Assembly: GCA_965242725.1 (NCBI GenBank)
Contig: CBDESZ010000004.1
Span: 160,001 to 224,000, forward strand
Direction of reading: 5' to 3'
DNA length: 64,000 nucleotides
DNA from: Alkalispirochaeta sp.
GTDB lineage: Bacteria; Spirochaetota; Spirochaetia; DSM-27196; Alkalispirochaetaceae
Part shown: piece after piece, positions 40,096 to 49,202 of the stretch
Numbering within the stretch: position 1 is the first letter of the stretch
How the letters are laid out: each line of letters begins with the position of its first letter
Translations under genes and position numbers: made by a program
Notes under the pieces: generated by a model
Seen by the model: only the letters and a program-made list of their open reading frames with translations
The model's database searches: none
Told to the model about the DNA's origin: nothing

Positions 40096-41016
40096 ATGTC
40101 CATGACCGGGAAAAAGAACCGACGTGATATCCAGATCCGGGATCCCTTTGTCCTTCCCGTGCCGGAAGAATCGCGATACTACCTCTATGGTACTACCGAC
40201 AGGAATCCCTGGAATGCTCCGGGCGAGGGATTCGACGCCTACGTGGCGGCGGACCTTGACGAGTGGGAAGGGCCTATTCCCGTTTTCCGGCGGGACGAGC
40301 GATTCTGGGGCACCCACGATTTCTGGGCTCCGGAAGTACACCGTTATCGGGGACGGTATTACATGTTTGCCACCTTCATCGCCGAAGGGAGAAAACGGGG
40401 TACTCAGATCCTCTCGAGCGATGTGCCCCTCGGTCCCTTTGTTCCCGTCACCGACGGCCCGGCGACGCCGCCGGAGTGGCACTGTCTCGACGGTACTCTC
40501 CATGTCGACAGGGAGGGAACGCCGTGGATCGTCTTCTGCCATGAATGGGTGGAAGTACATGACGGGGAAATATGGGCGCTCCCGCTGAGCGATGATCTGC
40601 GCTCGCCCTCGGGAGATCGCCGTCTTCTCTTTTGCGCATCCGAAGCGGCGTGGACGAAGCCGCTGCCCCGCCGCGACGGCAGCGGCCTCGTCGATGCCCG
40701 CGTCACCGACGGTCCCTTTCTCTACCGGGCCGGAGACGGTTCGTTGTTTCTCCTATGGTCCAGCATCGGTGAGGACGGGTACGTCATGGGATACGCCCGA
40801 TCCGCGAGCGGGGAACTCGCCGGACCGTGGCTGCAGTCGAAGCGTCCTCTCATTTCCGGTGACGGGGGGCACGGTATGCTCTTCCGCGGTCTCCACGGCG
40901 GGCTCTATGGCGCGTATCACGCACCGAACAACACGCCCCGGGAACGCTTTCGATATGTCGAAATTGCGGTAGCCGCGGATCGCCTTGAACTCGCGAAGGT
41001 GTCTCATGGCCATTGA
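40096..41016 (+). CDS. Glycoside hydrolase family 43
   Basis: IRDPFV, FWAPEVH, CLDGTL, VTDGPF, GGHGM five-bladed propeller motifs. Confidence 0.88.
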   Translation: MSMTGKKNRRDIQIRDPFVLPVPEESRYYLYGTTDRNPWNAPGEGFDAYVAADLDEWEGPIPVFRRDERFWGTHDFWAPEVHRYRGRYYMFATFIAEGRKRGTQILSSDVPLGPFVPVTDGPATPPEWHCLDGTLHVDREGTPWIVFCHEWVEVHDGEIWALPLSDDLRSPSGDRRLLFCASEAAWTKPLPRRDGSGLVDARVTDGPFLYRAGDGSLFLLWSSIGEDGYVMGYARSASGELAGPWLQSKRPLISGDGGHGMLFRGLHGGLYGAYHAPNNTPRERFRYVEIAVAADRLELAKVSHGH

Positions 41017-43177
41017 CCGCCGGGCGGTGGTGCGCCGGCACAATCCCGTTTTGATTGGTCCCGATCCGCGCTCTCCCCTCAGTGTCGGGAACGGTGAGCT
41101 GACCTATACCGCCGACATCACCGGTTTTCAGAACTTCGGCGGGGAGGTGCCGTTGTGTACGATGACGCAATGGGGGTTTCACAGCTATCCGTCGTCCCTC
41201 TCCCGGGAGGAGCGGTACCGGCGTCTCAGGAGACGGATGTATCAAACCGGTTCCCGGTGGGTGGGGTACATGAGCGACTCCTCCGGGCAGGAAGAGCTCT
41301 TCCGGGAGTTGCGGGTGTCCCCCCATCGGGCAAATCTGGTACGGATTTCCCTCGTCGAAGCGGGGACTGACGGCGCACGCCTGTTACTCCGGGAGTGTGA
41401 AGGGTTTCGACAGCGTCTCGACTTGTGGGAGGGTGCCATCGACAGCACATTCACCTGCAAGGGCGGGTCAGTCAGGACGGCGGTGGTCTGCCATCCCCGG
41501 CGCGACGCACTGGCGTTCACCATTGAAATTCCGGAAAACGAAAATCGGCGAATGGAGGTCGAGCTTGCTTTTCCCTATCCGTCGCCGCAAATTGACGGAT
41601 CCGACTGGTCCGCCGACGCCGACGGACGTCACGAGACGCAGGTGTATCGGACGGCGATAAAGGGCGTATATGCGATCGGCCGGCGGGTGGACGATTTTGT
41701 ATATACCCTCGTCGTCCGGCTCGGTCCGTTCGGGTATATCCGGGAAACGGGGCCTCACCGATGCGTGGTGGGAAGCCGTTCCGTGACGACGGCGTTTACC
41801 GCGGAATTTCTTCCCGGGTCGCCGCCGATGGAACTCCCCGTCGATGTCGCCCCCGATTGGGACCGCTGCCGTCACGATGCGGCGGACCATTGGGAGAGCT
41901 TCTGGAGTACCGGCGCATTCATCGATCTTGGCGGGAGCAGCGATGATCGCGCGGAAGAGCTGGAACGGCGGATCATCCTTTCCCGCTACCTGACGGCGAT
42001 CCAATGCGCCGGTTCCCTGCCGCCCCAGGAGACGGGGCTGACCTGTAACAGCTGGTACGGGAAGTTTCACCTGGAGATGCACCCATGGCACGCCCTCCAT
42101 TTTCCTCTCTGGGGACAGCCCGACCTTCTTGCAAAAAGCATGGACTTTTATCTGCGGATCGCCGACGCGGCGCGGGATCGAGCCGCAGAACAGGGATATG
42201 CCGGCCTGCGTTGGCCAAAGATGACCGATCCCGAGGGATATGACAGTCCCTCGGAGATCGGAACGCTCCTTTGCTGGCAGCAGCCCCACTTCATCGTTAT
42301 GGCGGAGCTTCTCTACCGGTGGGCGTTGAAGGCACCTGCACGCAAAACGGGAGCGGGCGAGGATCTGCTCAACAGATACGCTCCCCTTGTCTTTGAAAGT
42401 GCCGAATTTATGGCCGCCTACGCCCGCCTGGAAAACGTTGCACCCGATGTCGCTGCGACAAACGGCGCCACGCCGGACGCTGGAACGCCCTTTCCCGCCG
42501 GCTCCGACGCGCGATTTCACCTCGGCCCACCGGTGATTCCTGCACAGGAAAATCACGATCCCGGGGCAACGGTGGACCCCCTCTTTGAGGTGGAGTACTG
42601 GCGTCTCGGTCTGGAAATTGCGGCGGCGTGGAAACGACGGGTCGGCCAAAGGGTTCCGGACCGGTGGGAGGCGGTGCGCAGGAGACTCGCCGATCCATCT
42701 CTGGACCGAAAGACCGGCGCCTACGCCGCACACGCCGCCTGTAACGACACCTACGGCGCCTACGCGACGGATCATCCCTCATTCCTGATCGCCGGAAGCT
42801 ATTTCCAGGGGGAACGTATCGATCCCGATATCATGAACCGGTCTCTTGATGCGGTGCTGCGTCACTGGGATTTTGATTCCGCCTGGGGGTGGGACTTTCC
42901 GGTCATGGCAATGGTCGCCGCCCGACTCGGACGTCCCGGGGAAGCGGTCTCGTTTCTCCTAATGGATGCACAGAAGAACACGTATCTGCCCAACGGACAT
43001 AACGCGCAACTGCCGAAAAGCGACCTGCCGATTTACCTGCCCGGAAACGGCGCACTCCTGACCGCAGTCGCCATGATGGCCGGCGGGTGGAAGGGTTCGG
43101 TCGCGGAGGCACCGGGATTCCCGAAGGACGGCTCATGGGTCGTCGACTGTGAGGGATTCTTTCCGCTGCCGTATTGA
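41006..43177 (+). CDS. (alpha/alpha)6-barrel glycoside hydrolase (GH65/GH95-like)
   Basis: IDRRAVVRRHNP, SVGNGE, NSWYGKFHLEM, WQQPH, WGWDFP, YLPGNG motifs; operonic with GH43. Confidence 0.75.
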   Translation: MAIDRRAVVRRHNPVLIGPDPRSPLSVGNGELTYTADITGFQNFGGEVPLCTMTQWGFHSYPSSLSREERYRRLRRRMYQTGSRWVGYMSDSSGQEELFRELRVSPHRANLVRISLVEAGTDGARLLLRECEGFRQRLDLWEGAIDSTFTCKGGSVRTAVVCHPRRDALAFTIEIPENENRRMEVELAFPYPSPQIDGSDWSADADGRHETQVYRTAIKGVYAIGRRVDDFVYTLVVRLGPFGYIRETGPHRCVVGSRSVTTAFTAEFLPGSPPMELPVDVAPDWDRCRHDAADHWESFWSTGAFIDLGGSSDDRAEELERRIILSRYLTAIQCAGSLPPQETGLTCNSWYGKFHLEMHPWHALHFPLWGQPDLLAKSMDFYLRIADAARDRAAEQGYAGLRWPKMTDPEGYDSPSEIGTLLCWQQPHFIVMAELLYRWALKAPARKTGAGEDLLNRYAPLVFESAEFMAAYARLENVAPDVAATNGATPDAGTPFPAGSDARFHLGPPVIPAQENHDPGATVDPLFEVEYWRLGLEIAAAWKRRVGQRVPDRWEAVRRRLADPSLDRKTGAYAAHAACNDTYGAYATDHPSFLIAGSYFQGERIDPDIMNRSLDAVLRHWDFDSAWGWDFPVMAMVAARLGRPGEAVSFLLMDAQKNTYLPNGHNAQLPKSDLPIYLPGNGALLTAVAMMAGGWKGSVAEAPGFPKDGSWVVDCEGFFPLPY

Positions 43178-43266
43178 AGGAAAAAATGCGCGTTCTTTCG
43201 GACAACGCGATTTCGGTAGATTCCGGGCTACCAACAACACCGGGAGAGCCGACTCCCACCGGCGTT

Positions 43267-43288
43267 CAAGTGTGACGTGTCACACTTG
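43267..43288. repeat. Inverted repeat CAAGTGTGAC-GT-GTCACACTTG between convergent genes (operator or hairpin)
   Basis: Perfect 10-bp arms; shares the core ACGTGTCAC with the 44427-44440 palindrome. Confidence 0.55.
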
Positions 43289-43310
43289 CGGCCCCGGGGT
43301 ACCTTCATTT

Positions 43311-44375
43311 TCAGGTTGATTCACGGACAATTAATGCGGGATGGGGCGGGTGGATGACCGACACATCCGGGGGAGTATCGGTAATGAGGGAGTTGATCAT
43401 TGCAACCGCCCGCAACCCAAGATCGGTGGAATCAAACTCAACAGTCGTCAAACCGGGTGATACAAATGCGGAGTACGTCATATTATCCGTTCCGACAATC
43501 GCCACATCGTCAGGTACGGATACGCCGTGTTCCCGAAGGGCGGCGAGGATGGGAAGGGCATAATCGTCGCTGTAGGCATAGAGGGCGGTTGGCCGGCGGG
43601 GCATGGTCAGGAATGCGCGGACAAACTCCCGCGCCCCGGACATATCGGGACGAATACTCGCTTCCGGCCATGGCAGCGTCACAATTTCGCCGGATGTGTG
43701 ATAGCGCATCGCCCGCTCCATGCCGCCGTATCGAATGCGGAAGGGACGGCTCTGAACGGGATCTGAGGGTTTGAGGATCGCGATACGTCCGTGGCCCCGT
43801 TCAAGAAGGTGGGAACAGGCGAGGTAGCCCACTTCTTCCACCGGAACCCGGAGCGTGACGAACTCTTCATGGTCTTCAACGTCCAGGACGAGAATTCTCG
43901 CCACTCCCTTGGACAGTGCAAGAGCGATATCGTCCCGGCCGAGATCCAGCCCTCCGCAGAAAAGGCCGAAAGGTCGCCGGCTGAGAAGCATGTGATAGGT
44001 ATTTCGCATCCGTTCGCCGTCGTCATAGGAATTGAAGGAGTATTGGACGGGCATGCAGCCGTTGGCCAGCCCCTTTTCATGAATCGTACCGATCATTTCA
44101 TTGATTCGCGGCGTGTACGGTGCGGGAAAGAATATGCTGAACTCGTTGGAGTATCCTCGTCGTAACGCCTGCGCCGACAGGTGGGGGCGATATCCCAGTT
44201 CCTCCGCCGCCGCGATGATGCGACGGCGTTTGGCTTCGCTGACATGGGAACCCTGATCGCCGTTCAGTACATATGAAACCTGTGTTCTTGATACACCGGC
44301 GCGCGCGGCAACATCCTTTGCCGTAGGTCGACTGATCGCTGATCCGTCGGGGACTCCGTCGTCTTTTTTCTTCAT
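43311..44375 (-). CDS. LacI family transcriptional regulator
   Basis: TAKDVAARAGVSRTQVSYVLN; VPDDVAIVGTD, PGLTTV; start uncertain. Confidence 0.9.
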   Translation of the reverse strand: MKKKDDGVPDGSAISRPTAKDVAARAGVSRTQVSYVLNGDQGSHVSEAKRRRIIAAAEELGYRPHLSAQALRRGYSNEFSIFFPAPYTPRINEMIGTIHEKGLANGCMPVQYSFNSYDDGERMRNTYHMLLSRRPFGLFCGGLDLGRDDIALALSKGVARILVLDVEDHEEFVTLRVPVEEVGYLACSHLLERGHGRIAILKPSDPVQSRPFRIRYGGMERAMRYHTSGEIVTLPWPEASIRPDMSGAREFVRAFLTMPRRPTALYAYSDDYALPILAALREHGVSVPDDVAIVGTDNMTYSAFVSPGLTTVEFDSTDLGLRAVAMINSLITDTPPDVSVIHPPHPALIVREST

Positions 44376-44426
44376 CTTTTTGTTGACGTAATTGTGATCT
44401 CGCCGCATACTTTGGTCAAGCAGAAA

Positions 44427-44440
44427 GTGACACGTGTCAC
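44427..44440. promoter_or_regulatory. Perfect palindrome GTGACACGTGTCAC, putative LacI-family operator
   Basis: 14-bp palindrome with central CG in the divergent lacI/SBP intergenic region. Confidence 0.7.
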
Positions 44441-44464
44441 AACGAATTCGAAGGAGGACTTGAA

Positions 44465-45460
44465 ATGAGGCGTTTTCTGATTATCACGGTGGGGGCATTC
44501 CTGTTGTGCGGCGGTCTCGTATTTGCCGCGGGGGGACAGGAGGGTCGAAGTGTGGATATCGGTTACAGCGTGCCTGATACGACCAACCCCTTTCTCGGTT
44601 GGTTGACGTCGGAGGTGCAGAAGCTCGCCGAAGAGGATGGGCTGACCGTCCAGATTGCCGATGCGGGGAACAACCCGGTACGTCAAATAGAACAGATCGA
44701 GAACTTTATCGCCATGGGGGTGAAGGTTATTGCAATCATGCCTATCGATCCCAATAACGTGCAGGATGTCATCCGCCGCGCCCGGGAGCGGGGAGTCAAG
44801 GTCCTTGTCGCGGGAACGGACACCTCCGTATATGACGTCATGATGAATATGGATCAGTACAACGCGGGAGAACAGATTGCAGAAATGGCGATCGACTGGA
44901 TGGTGGAAACCTTCTCTTCCGACGGTACCGCATCCGGTCTACCCGACGGCGCGGATCGACCGAAGGTTATCGTTCTGAAGTGTACTGAAACGGTGGATAT
45001 GACCAATCGGTCTGAAGGAATGGTCGATGCCATTACCGAATGGGGTCATGCAGACGTGGTGATCGCCACCGCCGAGGCGCGAACCGCCGCTGCGGCGACG
45101 GATGTCATGGAAAACATGTGGCAACAAAACAGTGACGCCGATGCCGTAATCGCCTATAACGCCGACGGCGCGCTTGGTGTCAACGAGTATATCATGGGCC
45201 AATCCGGTATCGACCGGTCCCGTTTTGCGGTGTTTGCGGGAGACTGGTCACCTCCTATACAGGAAGTGCTCGATGGGTCCGCCCAAAATGAATCGGTATT
45301 TCGCGGAACGATGCAAATTGTCGGGCCTCAAATCAACGGCGAACAGGTACCGCTGGAAGAGGCGACATATATGCTTCTCAAGGACCTCTATGACGGGAAT
45401 TTGAGCTACGGCAGCGTCATCACCGACGCGATCAAGAAAGCCTATCCCGGGGATAATTGA
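44465..45460 (+). CDS. Monosaccharide ABC transporter substrate-binding protein (RbsB-like)
   Basis: Signal peptide FAAGGQE; NPF, QIEQIENFI; AAGGAGG SD. Confidence 0.88.
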   Translation: MRRFLIITVGAFLLCGGLVFAAGGQEGRSVDIGYSVPDTTNPFLGWLTSEVQKLAEEDGLTVQIADAGNNPVRQIEQIENFIAMGVKVIAIMPIDPNNVQDVIRRARERGVKVLVAGTDTSVYDVMMNMDQYNAGEQIAEMAIDWMVETFSSDGTASGLPDGADRPKVIVLKCTETVDMTNRSEGMVDAITEWGHADVVIATAEARTAAAATDVMENMWQQNSDADAVIAYNADGALGVNEYIMGQSGIDRSRFAVFAGDWSPPIQEVLDGSAQNESVFRGTMQIVGPQINGEQVPLEEATYMLLKDLYDGNLSYGSVITDAIKKAYPGDN

Positions 45461-45514
45461 CGGGCATCTCACGGATACGCGCCGTCCTTCGGGACGGCGT
45501 TATCAGAGGTATCA

Positions 45515-47008
45515 ATGAAACCGATTTTGTCCCTTAAAAACATTACGAAATCATACCCCGGTGTGATCGCCCTTCACGATGTGTCGATGACGGTTGCCTC
45601 GGGAGAGGTGCACGCGCTGCTCGGCGAAAACGGCGCCGGTAAGTCGACGCTGATTAAAGTCATATCCGGCGCGGTAACGCCGGACTGCGGAACGATTACC
45701 ATTGACGGAACGGACTATTCCGCTCTGACGCCGCACACCTCCCGGGAGGAAGGAATAGAGGTAATTTATCAGGAGTTTAACCTGGTGGAGACACTTTCCG
45801 CGGCTGAAAACATCAGTCTGGGCATCCGTCACGGGAAATTTGTCGATTTCAAGGCGATGGAACGGGTTGCCCGGGAGATTTTCCGCGATTTTTCAGTCGA
45901 TATTGATCCCTCGGCGCTGGTCAGGGATCTCCCGACGTCGCATCAGCAAATTGTTGAAATCGCCAAGGCCGTTTCCCGTAATGCCCGCCTCCTGATTATG
46001 GATGAGCCGACGGCACCGCTTACCGTTTCAGAAGTGGATACACTCTTTCGAATCATACGAGACGCCAGGAAACGGGGCGTCACGATCATCTATATTTCCC
46101 ACAGGATAGACGAGATATTTGCAATCGCGGACCGGGTGACCGTGTTACGGGACGGCCGGTACATTTCCACTCTGCCTACCGTGGAAACCGACCGCAAGCA
46201 TCTCGTATCGCTCATGGTCGGAAGAGAATTGACCGAATCCTATCCCCCGCGACGGGACCACGCGTCCCGGGTTGTCCTGGAATTACGAAATGTGACGGGG
46301 AACGGTGTGCGTGACGTGACCTTTTCCCTTCATCAGGGAGAAGTGCTCGGGCTCGGAGGTCTTGTCGGTGCCGGCAGAACGGAACTGGCGAAAGTCCTCT
46401 ACGGTGCGGCGCCCTTGGAATCGGGAGAAATAGTCGTGGAAGGTTCTTCGTCCCCGATTACTGCCCCTCACGATGCGATATCCCGGGGCATCGGTCTCAT
46501 ACCAGAGAACCGAAAGGAAGAGGGGTGCTTCATCGACCAGACGGTCAGGTGGAATATAAGCATCATGGCGATCCGTCAGCTCGCCCGGAGGGGAATCGTT
46601 GACAGGAAGGCCGAAGACAACCGTGCGATGGAATACCACGATCTTCTGCAGATAAAGACGCCGTCATTGTCGCAGAAGGTATTGCATCTCAGCGGCGGAA
46701 ATCAGCAGAAAGTCGTTATCGGCAAGGTGCTTGCGTCCAACTCACGAATCCTCATTTTCGACGAACCGACCAGGGGAATCGACGTCGGGGCGCGGCAGGA
46801 AATCTATAGGCTCATGGCATCTCTCGCGGAAGAGGGATGTTCGATAATCATGATCACATCCGATATGGAAGAACTATTAGGAATGTCCGACAGAATTGTC
46901 GTTCTCCACGAAGGTCGCGTGAACGGGATACTGGAGCGCGGGGAATTTTCTCAGGAACGGGTGCTTGAGCTGGCATCGGGAATGACACAACAGGAGGAAG
47001 CAGTATGA
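45515..47008 (+). CDS. Monosaccharide ABC transporter ATP-binding protein (RbsA/MglA-like)
   Basis: GENGAGKSTL, LSGGNQQK, DEPTRGIDVG. Confidence 0.95.
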   Translation: MKPILSLKNITKSYPGVIALHDVSMTVASGEVHALLGENGAGKSTLIKVISGAVTPDCGTITIDGTDYSALTPHTSREEGIEVIYQEFNLVETLSAAENISLGIRHGKFVDFKAMERVAREIFRDFSVDIDPSALVRDLPTSHQQIVEIAKAVSRNARLLIMDEPTAPLTVSEVDTLFRIIRDARKRGVTIIYISHRIDEIFAIADRVTVLRDGRYISTLPTVETDRKHLVSLMVGRELTESYPPRRDHASRVVLELRNVTGNGVRDVTFSLHQGEVLGLGGLVGAGRTELAKVLYGAAPLESGEIVVEGSSSPITAPHDAISRGIGLIPENRKEEGCFIDQTVRWNISIMAIRQLARRGIVDRKAEDNRAMEYHDLLQIKTPSLSQKVLHLSGGNQQKVVIGKVLASNSRILIFDEPTRGIDVGARQEIYRLMASLAEEGCSIIMITSDMEELLGMSDRIVVLHEGRVNGILERGEFSQERVLELASGMTQQEEAV

Positions 47009-47994
47009 ATCTGCGCACAGGTGCATCTGAGATTTTACGAAAATACGCAATTCCGCTGGTGCTGGCGGGGCTGATAGTGCTCTTCACCATTGCGTCACCC
47101 TATTTTTTCACCCTGCAGAATCTGACAAATATCTTTGTACAGCAGTCCTATGTCATCATCGCTGCGGTGGGACTCTCTTTCGTCATGATCGGCGGGGGAA
47201 TGGATCTTTCAATCGGGTATCAAATATCCCTTGTGGGTGTCACGACGGCGGCGCTTGTGAAATGGTACGGAATTCCTCTCCCTGTGGCCATCATCAGCGG
47301 GCTGCTTCTCGGTGTTCTCCTTGGAGTATTCAATGGATATGCAGCCATCAAGTTAAAGGTCCACACCCTGATTGTCACTCTTGGGACGATGACCGTCTAT
47401 CAGGGGTTGTCGTACGTCGTTTCACGGCAAAGCGTCATACTCAATTTGCCGCCGGCGTTCAAATACTTCGGGCAGGGATACATTTTCGGCGTCATTCCCT
47501 TCAGTGTTATTTTGATGGTGGTTACCGTTGCAATCGGCAGCTTCGTCCTCAATCGCACATACCTCGGACGGTTTATCTATGCCGTCGGCGGAAATGAAGA
47601 AGCTGCACGCCTCGCCGGCATCGACGTCAACAGGACGAAAATACTGATTTTCACAATTTCCGGGTTCTTTGTTGCCGTTGCGGCACTCGTCCTCTTCGGT
47701 CGGGCCGGATCAGCCGCATCAACGACCGGTCCCGGTACCGAATTTTCCGCCATAACCGCCGCGTTTCTCGGCGGCATCTCCTTCAAGGGTGGGGAAGGAA
47801 AGATCAGCGGGCTGGTGGCGGGTGTTCTCATTCTCGGGGTATTGGGAAACGGCATGCAGCTGATTGGTATGGGAACGTATTCCCAGTATATCGTGCGGGG
47901 ATTTGTCCTCCTTGCGGCGGTTGGTTTTGATGTCTATCAGAAGACGGTGGACCGGTCGACGGCATCGTCACTCACGTCATCGGAAGCGGCGTAG
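47005..47994 (+). CDS. Monosaccharide ABC transporter permease (RbsC-like)
   Basis: GGMDLS, YAVGGNEEAARLAGI, LGGISFKGG. Confidence 0.93.
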   Translation: MNLRTGASEILRKYAIPLVLAGLIVLFTIASPYFFTLQNLTNIFVQQSYVIIAAVGLSFVMIGGGMDLSIGYQISLVGVTTAALVKWYGIPLPVAIISGLLLGVLLGVFNGYAAIKLKVHTLIVTLGTMTVYQGLSYVVSRQSVILNLPPAFKYFGQGYIFGVIPFSVILMVVTVAIGSFVLNRTYLGRFIYAVGGNEEAARLAGIDVNRTKILIFTISGFFVAVAALVLFGRAGSAASTTGPGTEFSAITAAFLGGISFKGGEGKISGLVAGVLILGVLGNGMQLIGMGTYSQYIVRGFVLLAAVGFDVYQKTVDRSTASSLTSSEAA

Positions 47995-48021
47995 TTCCGT
48001 CGGTGAGGCGGGTATACCGGT

Positions 48022-48195
48022 ATGAGACATGTGTTTATTGCCTCCGTTGTCGGGGTGGCAATCGGAGTAATCTTTAAATCTCTCAAGCTTCCCGTGCCCG
48101 TACCACACGGCATCGCCGGTCTTGCCGGGTTGATTGGTATGTTTGTGGGAAGCGAATTGTTCTCAATGGTCATCAGGACAATACAGAAAGGGTGA
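48022..48195 (+). CDS. Small XapX/DUF1427-like membrane protein (57 aa)
   Basis: Below the ORF-track cutoff; translated by hand as MRHVFIASVVGVAIGVIFKSLKLPVPVPHGIAGLAGLIGMFVG..., matching the XapX LPxPxP..G..G..G pattern. Confidence 0.75.
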   Translation: MRHVFIASVVGVAIGVIFKSLKLPVPVPHGIAGLAGLIGMFVGSELFSMVIRTIQKG

Positions 48196-48198
48196 ACA

Positions 48199-49083
48199 GT
48201 GAATAAGGAAGTTGCAGAGGTGATGGTCCGCCCTCCGGCGGAGATCGCATGGGTAGAACGCAGGGGATACAACATCCCCTATGCGACTGAATCGCCCTAT
48301 CAAATGCTCGACGTCTACCTGCCGGAAGGGGAGGGGCCATATCCCGTCATCGTGGCGATTCACGGCGGGGCGTGGATGCACTGCGACAAATCGGACGATC
48401 AGGTGCAGCCCATGCTGGAGGGGCTGAAACGGGGATATGCAGTAGTCGCGGTCAACTACCGGTTGAGTCACGTCGCAACCTTTCCCGCCCAGGTCCACGA
48501 CATCAAATGTGCGATACGGTGGGTCCGTGCCCACGCGGGACAGCTGAATTTCGATACTGAAAGAATTGCCTGCTGGGGCGGTTCCGCAGGGGCCCATCTT
48601 GCCGCACTGGCGGGTACGACGGGAGACGGTCCCTTTCTGTCCGACCGGTCCATGGGGTGGTCCGAATTTTCCGAGGAGGTCCACGCCGTCGTTTTCTGGT
48701 TTGGCCCTACCGATTTTCTGAAAATGGACGAGTATCTGGCCGCACGCGGTCTTGGACCGCGGGACCATGGTCAAGCAGATTCCCCGGAATCACGTCTCCT
48801 GGGTGCCCCTATCGCCGAGGTACCCGATCGTGTCAGCGCCGCCAACCCCGAGACCTATGTGACCCCACAAACGCCGCCCTTTCTCCTGCAGCATGGAACG
48901 ATGGATGCAACGGTCCCCGTTCAACATTCCATTTCCTTTGCCGAAATGTTGCGACAGGTGGTTGGAGACAAAAAAGTGCAACTCCATCTCCTGGATGGCG
49001 CCGTACATGCGGATCCTCAATTTGAATCTCCGGAAAACGTAAAGGTCGTGCTGGATTTCCTCGATTTCCACCTCCGGCGATAA
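48199..49083 (+). CDS. Alpha/beta hydrolase (HSL-type esterase)
   Basis: HGGAW oxyanion motif, GGSAG nucleophile elbow, HGTMD, catalytic His near the C-terminus. Confidence 0.9.
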   Translation: MNKEVAEVMVRPPAEIAWVERRGYNIPYATESPYQMLDVYLPEGEGPYPVIVAIHGGAWMHCDKSDDQVQPMLEGLKRGYAVVAVNYRLSHVATFPAQVHDIKCAIRWVRAHAGQLNFDTERIACWGGSAGAHLAALAGTTGDGPFLSDRSMGWSEFSEEVHAVVFWFGPTDFLKMDEYLAARGLGPRDHGQADSPESRLLGAPIAEVPDRVSAANPETYVTPQTPPFLLQHGTMDATVPVQHSISFAEMLRQVVGDKKVQLHLLDGAVHADPQFESPENVKVVLDFLDFHLRR

Positions 49084-49202
49084 TCGCACGGCAGACGGTT
49101 TACATTTTCACCCGAGTTAGGTAAGACTAACTAAAACGGTAAGGTATTTGTCGGTACACCATCCGGCGGATCTGGCGATATGAGTGGTGAAAAGGAAAAC
49201 CC

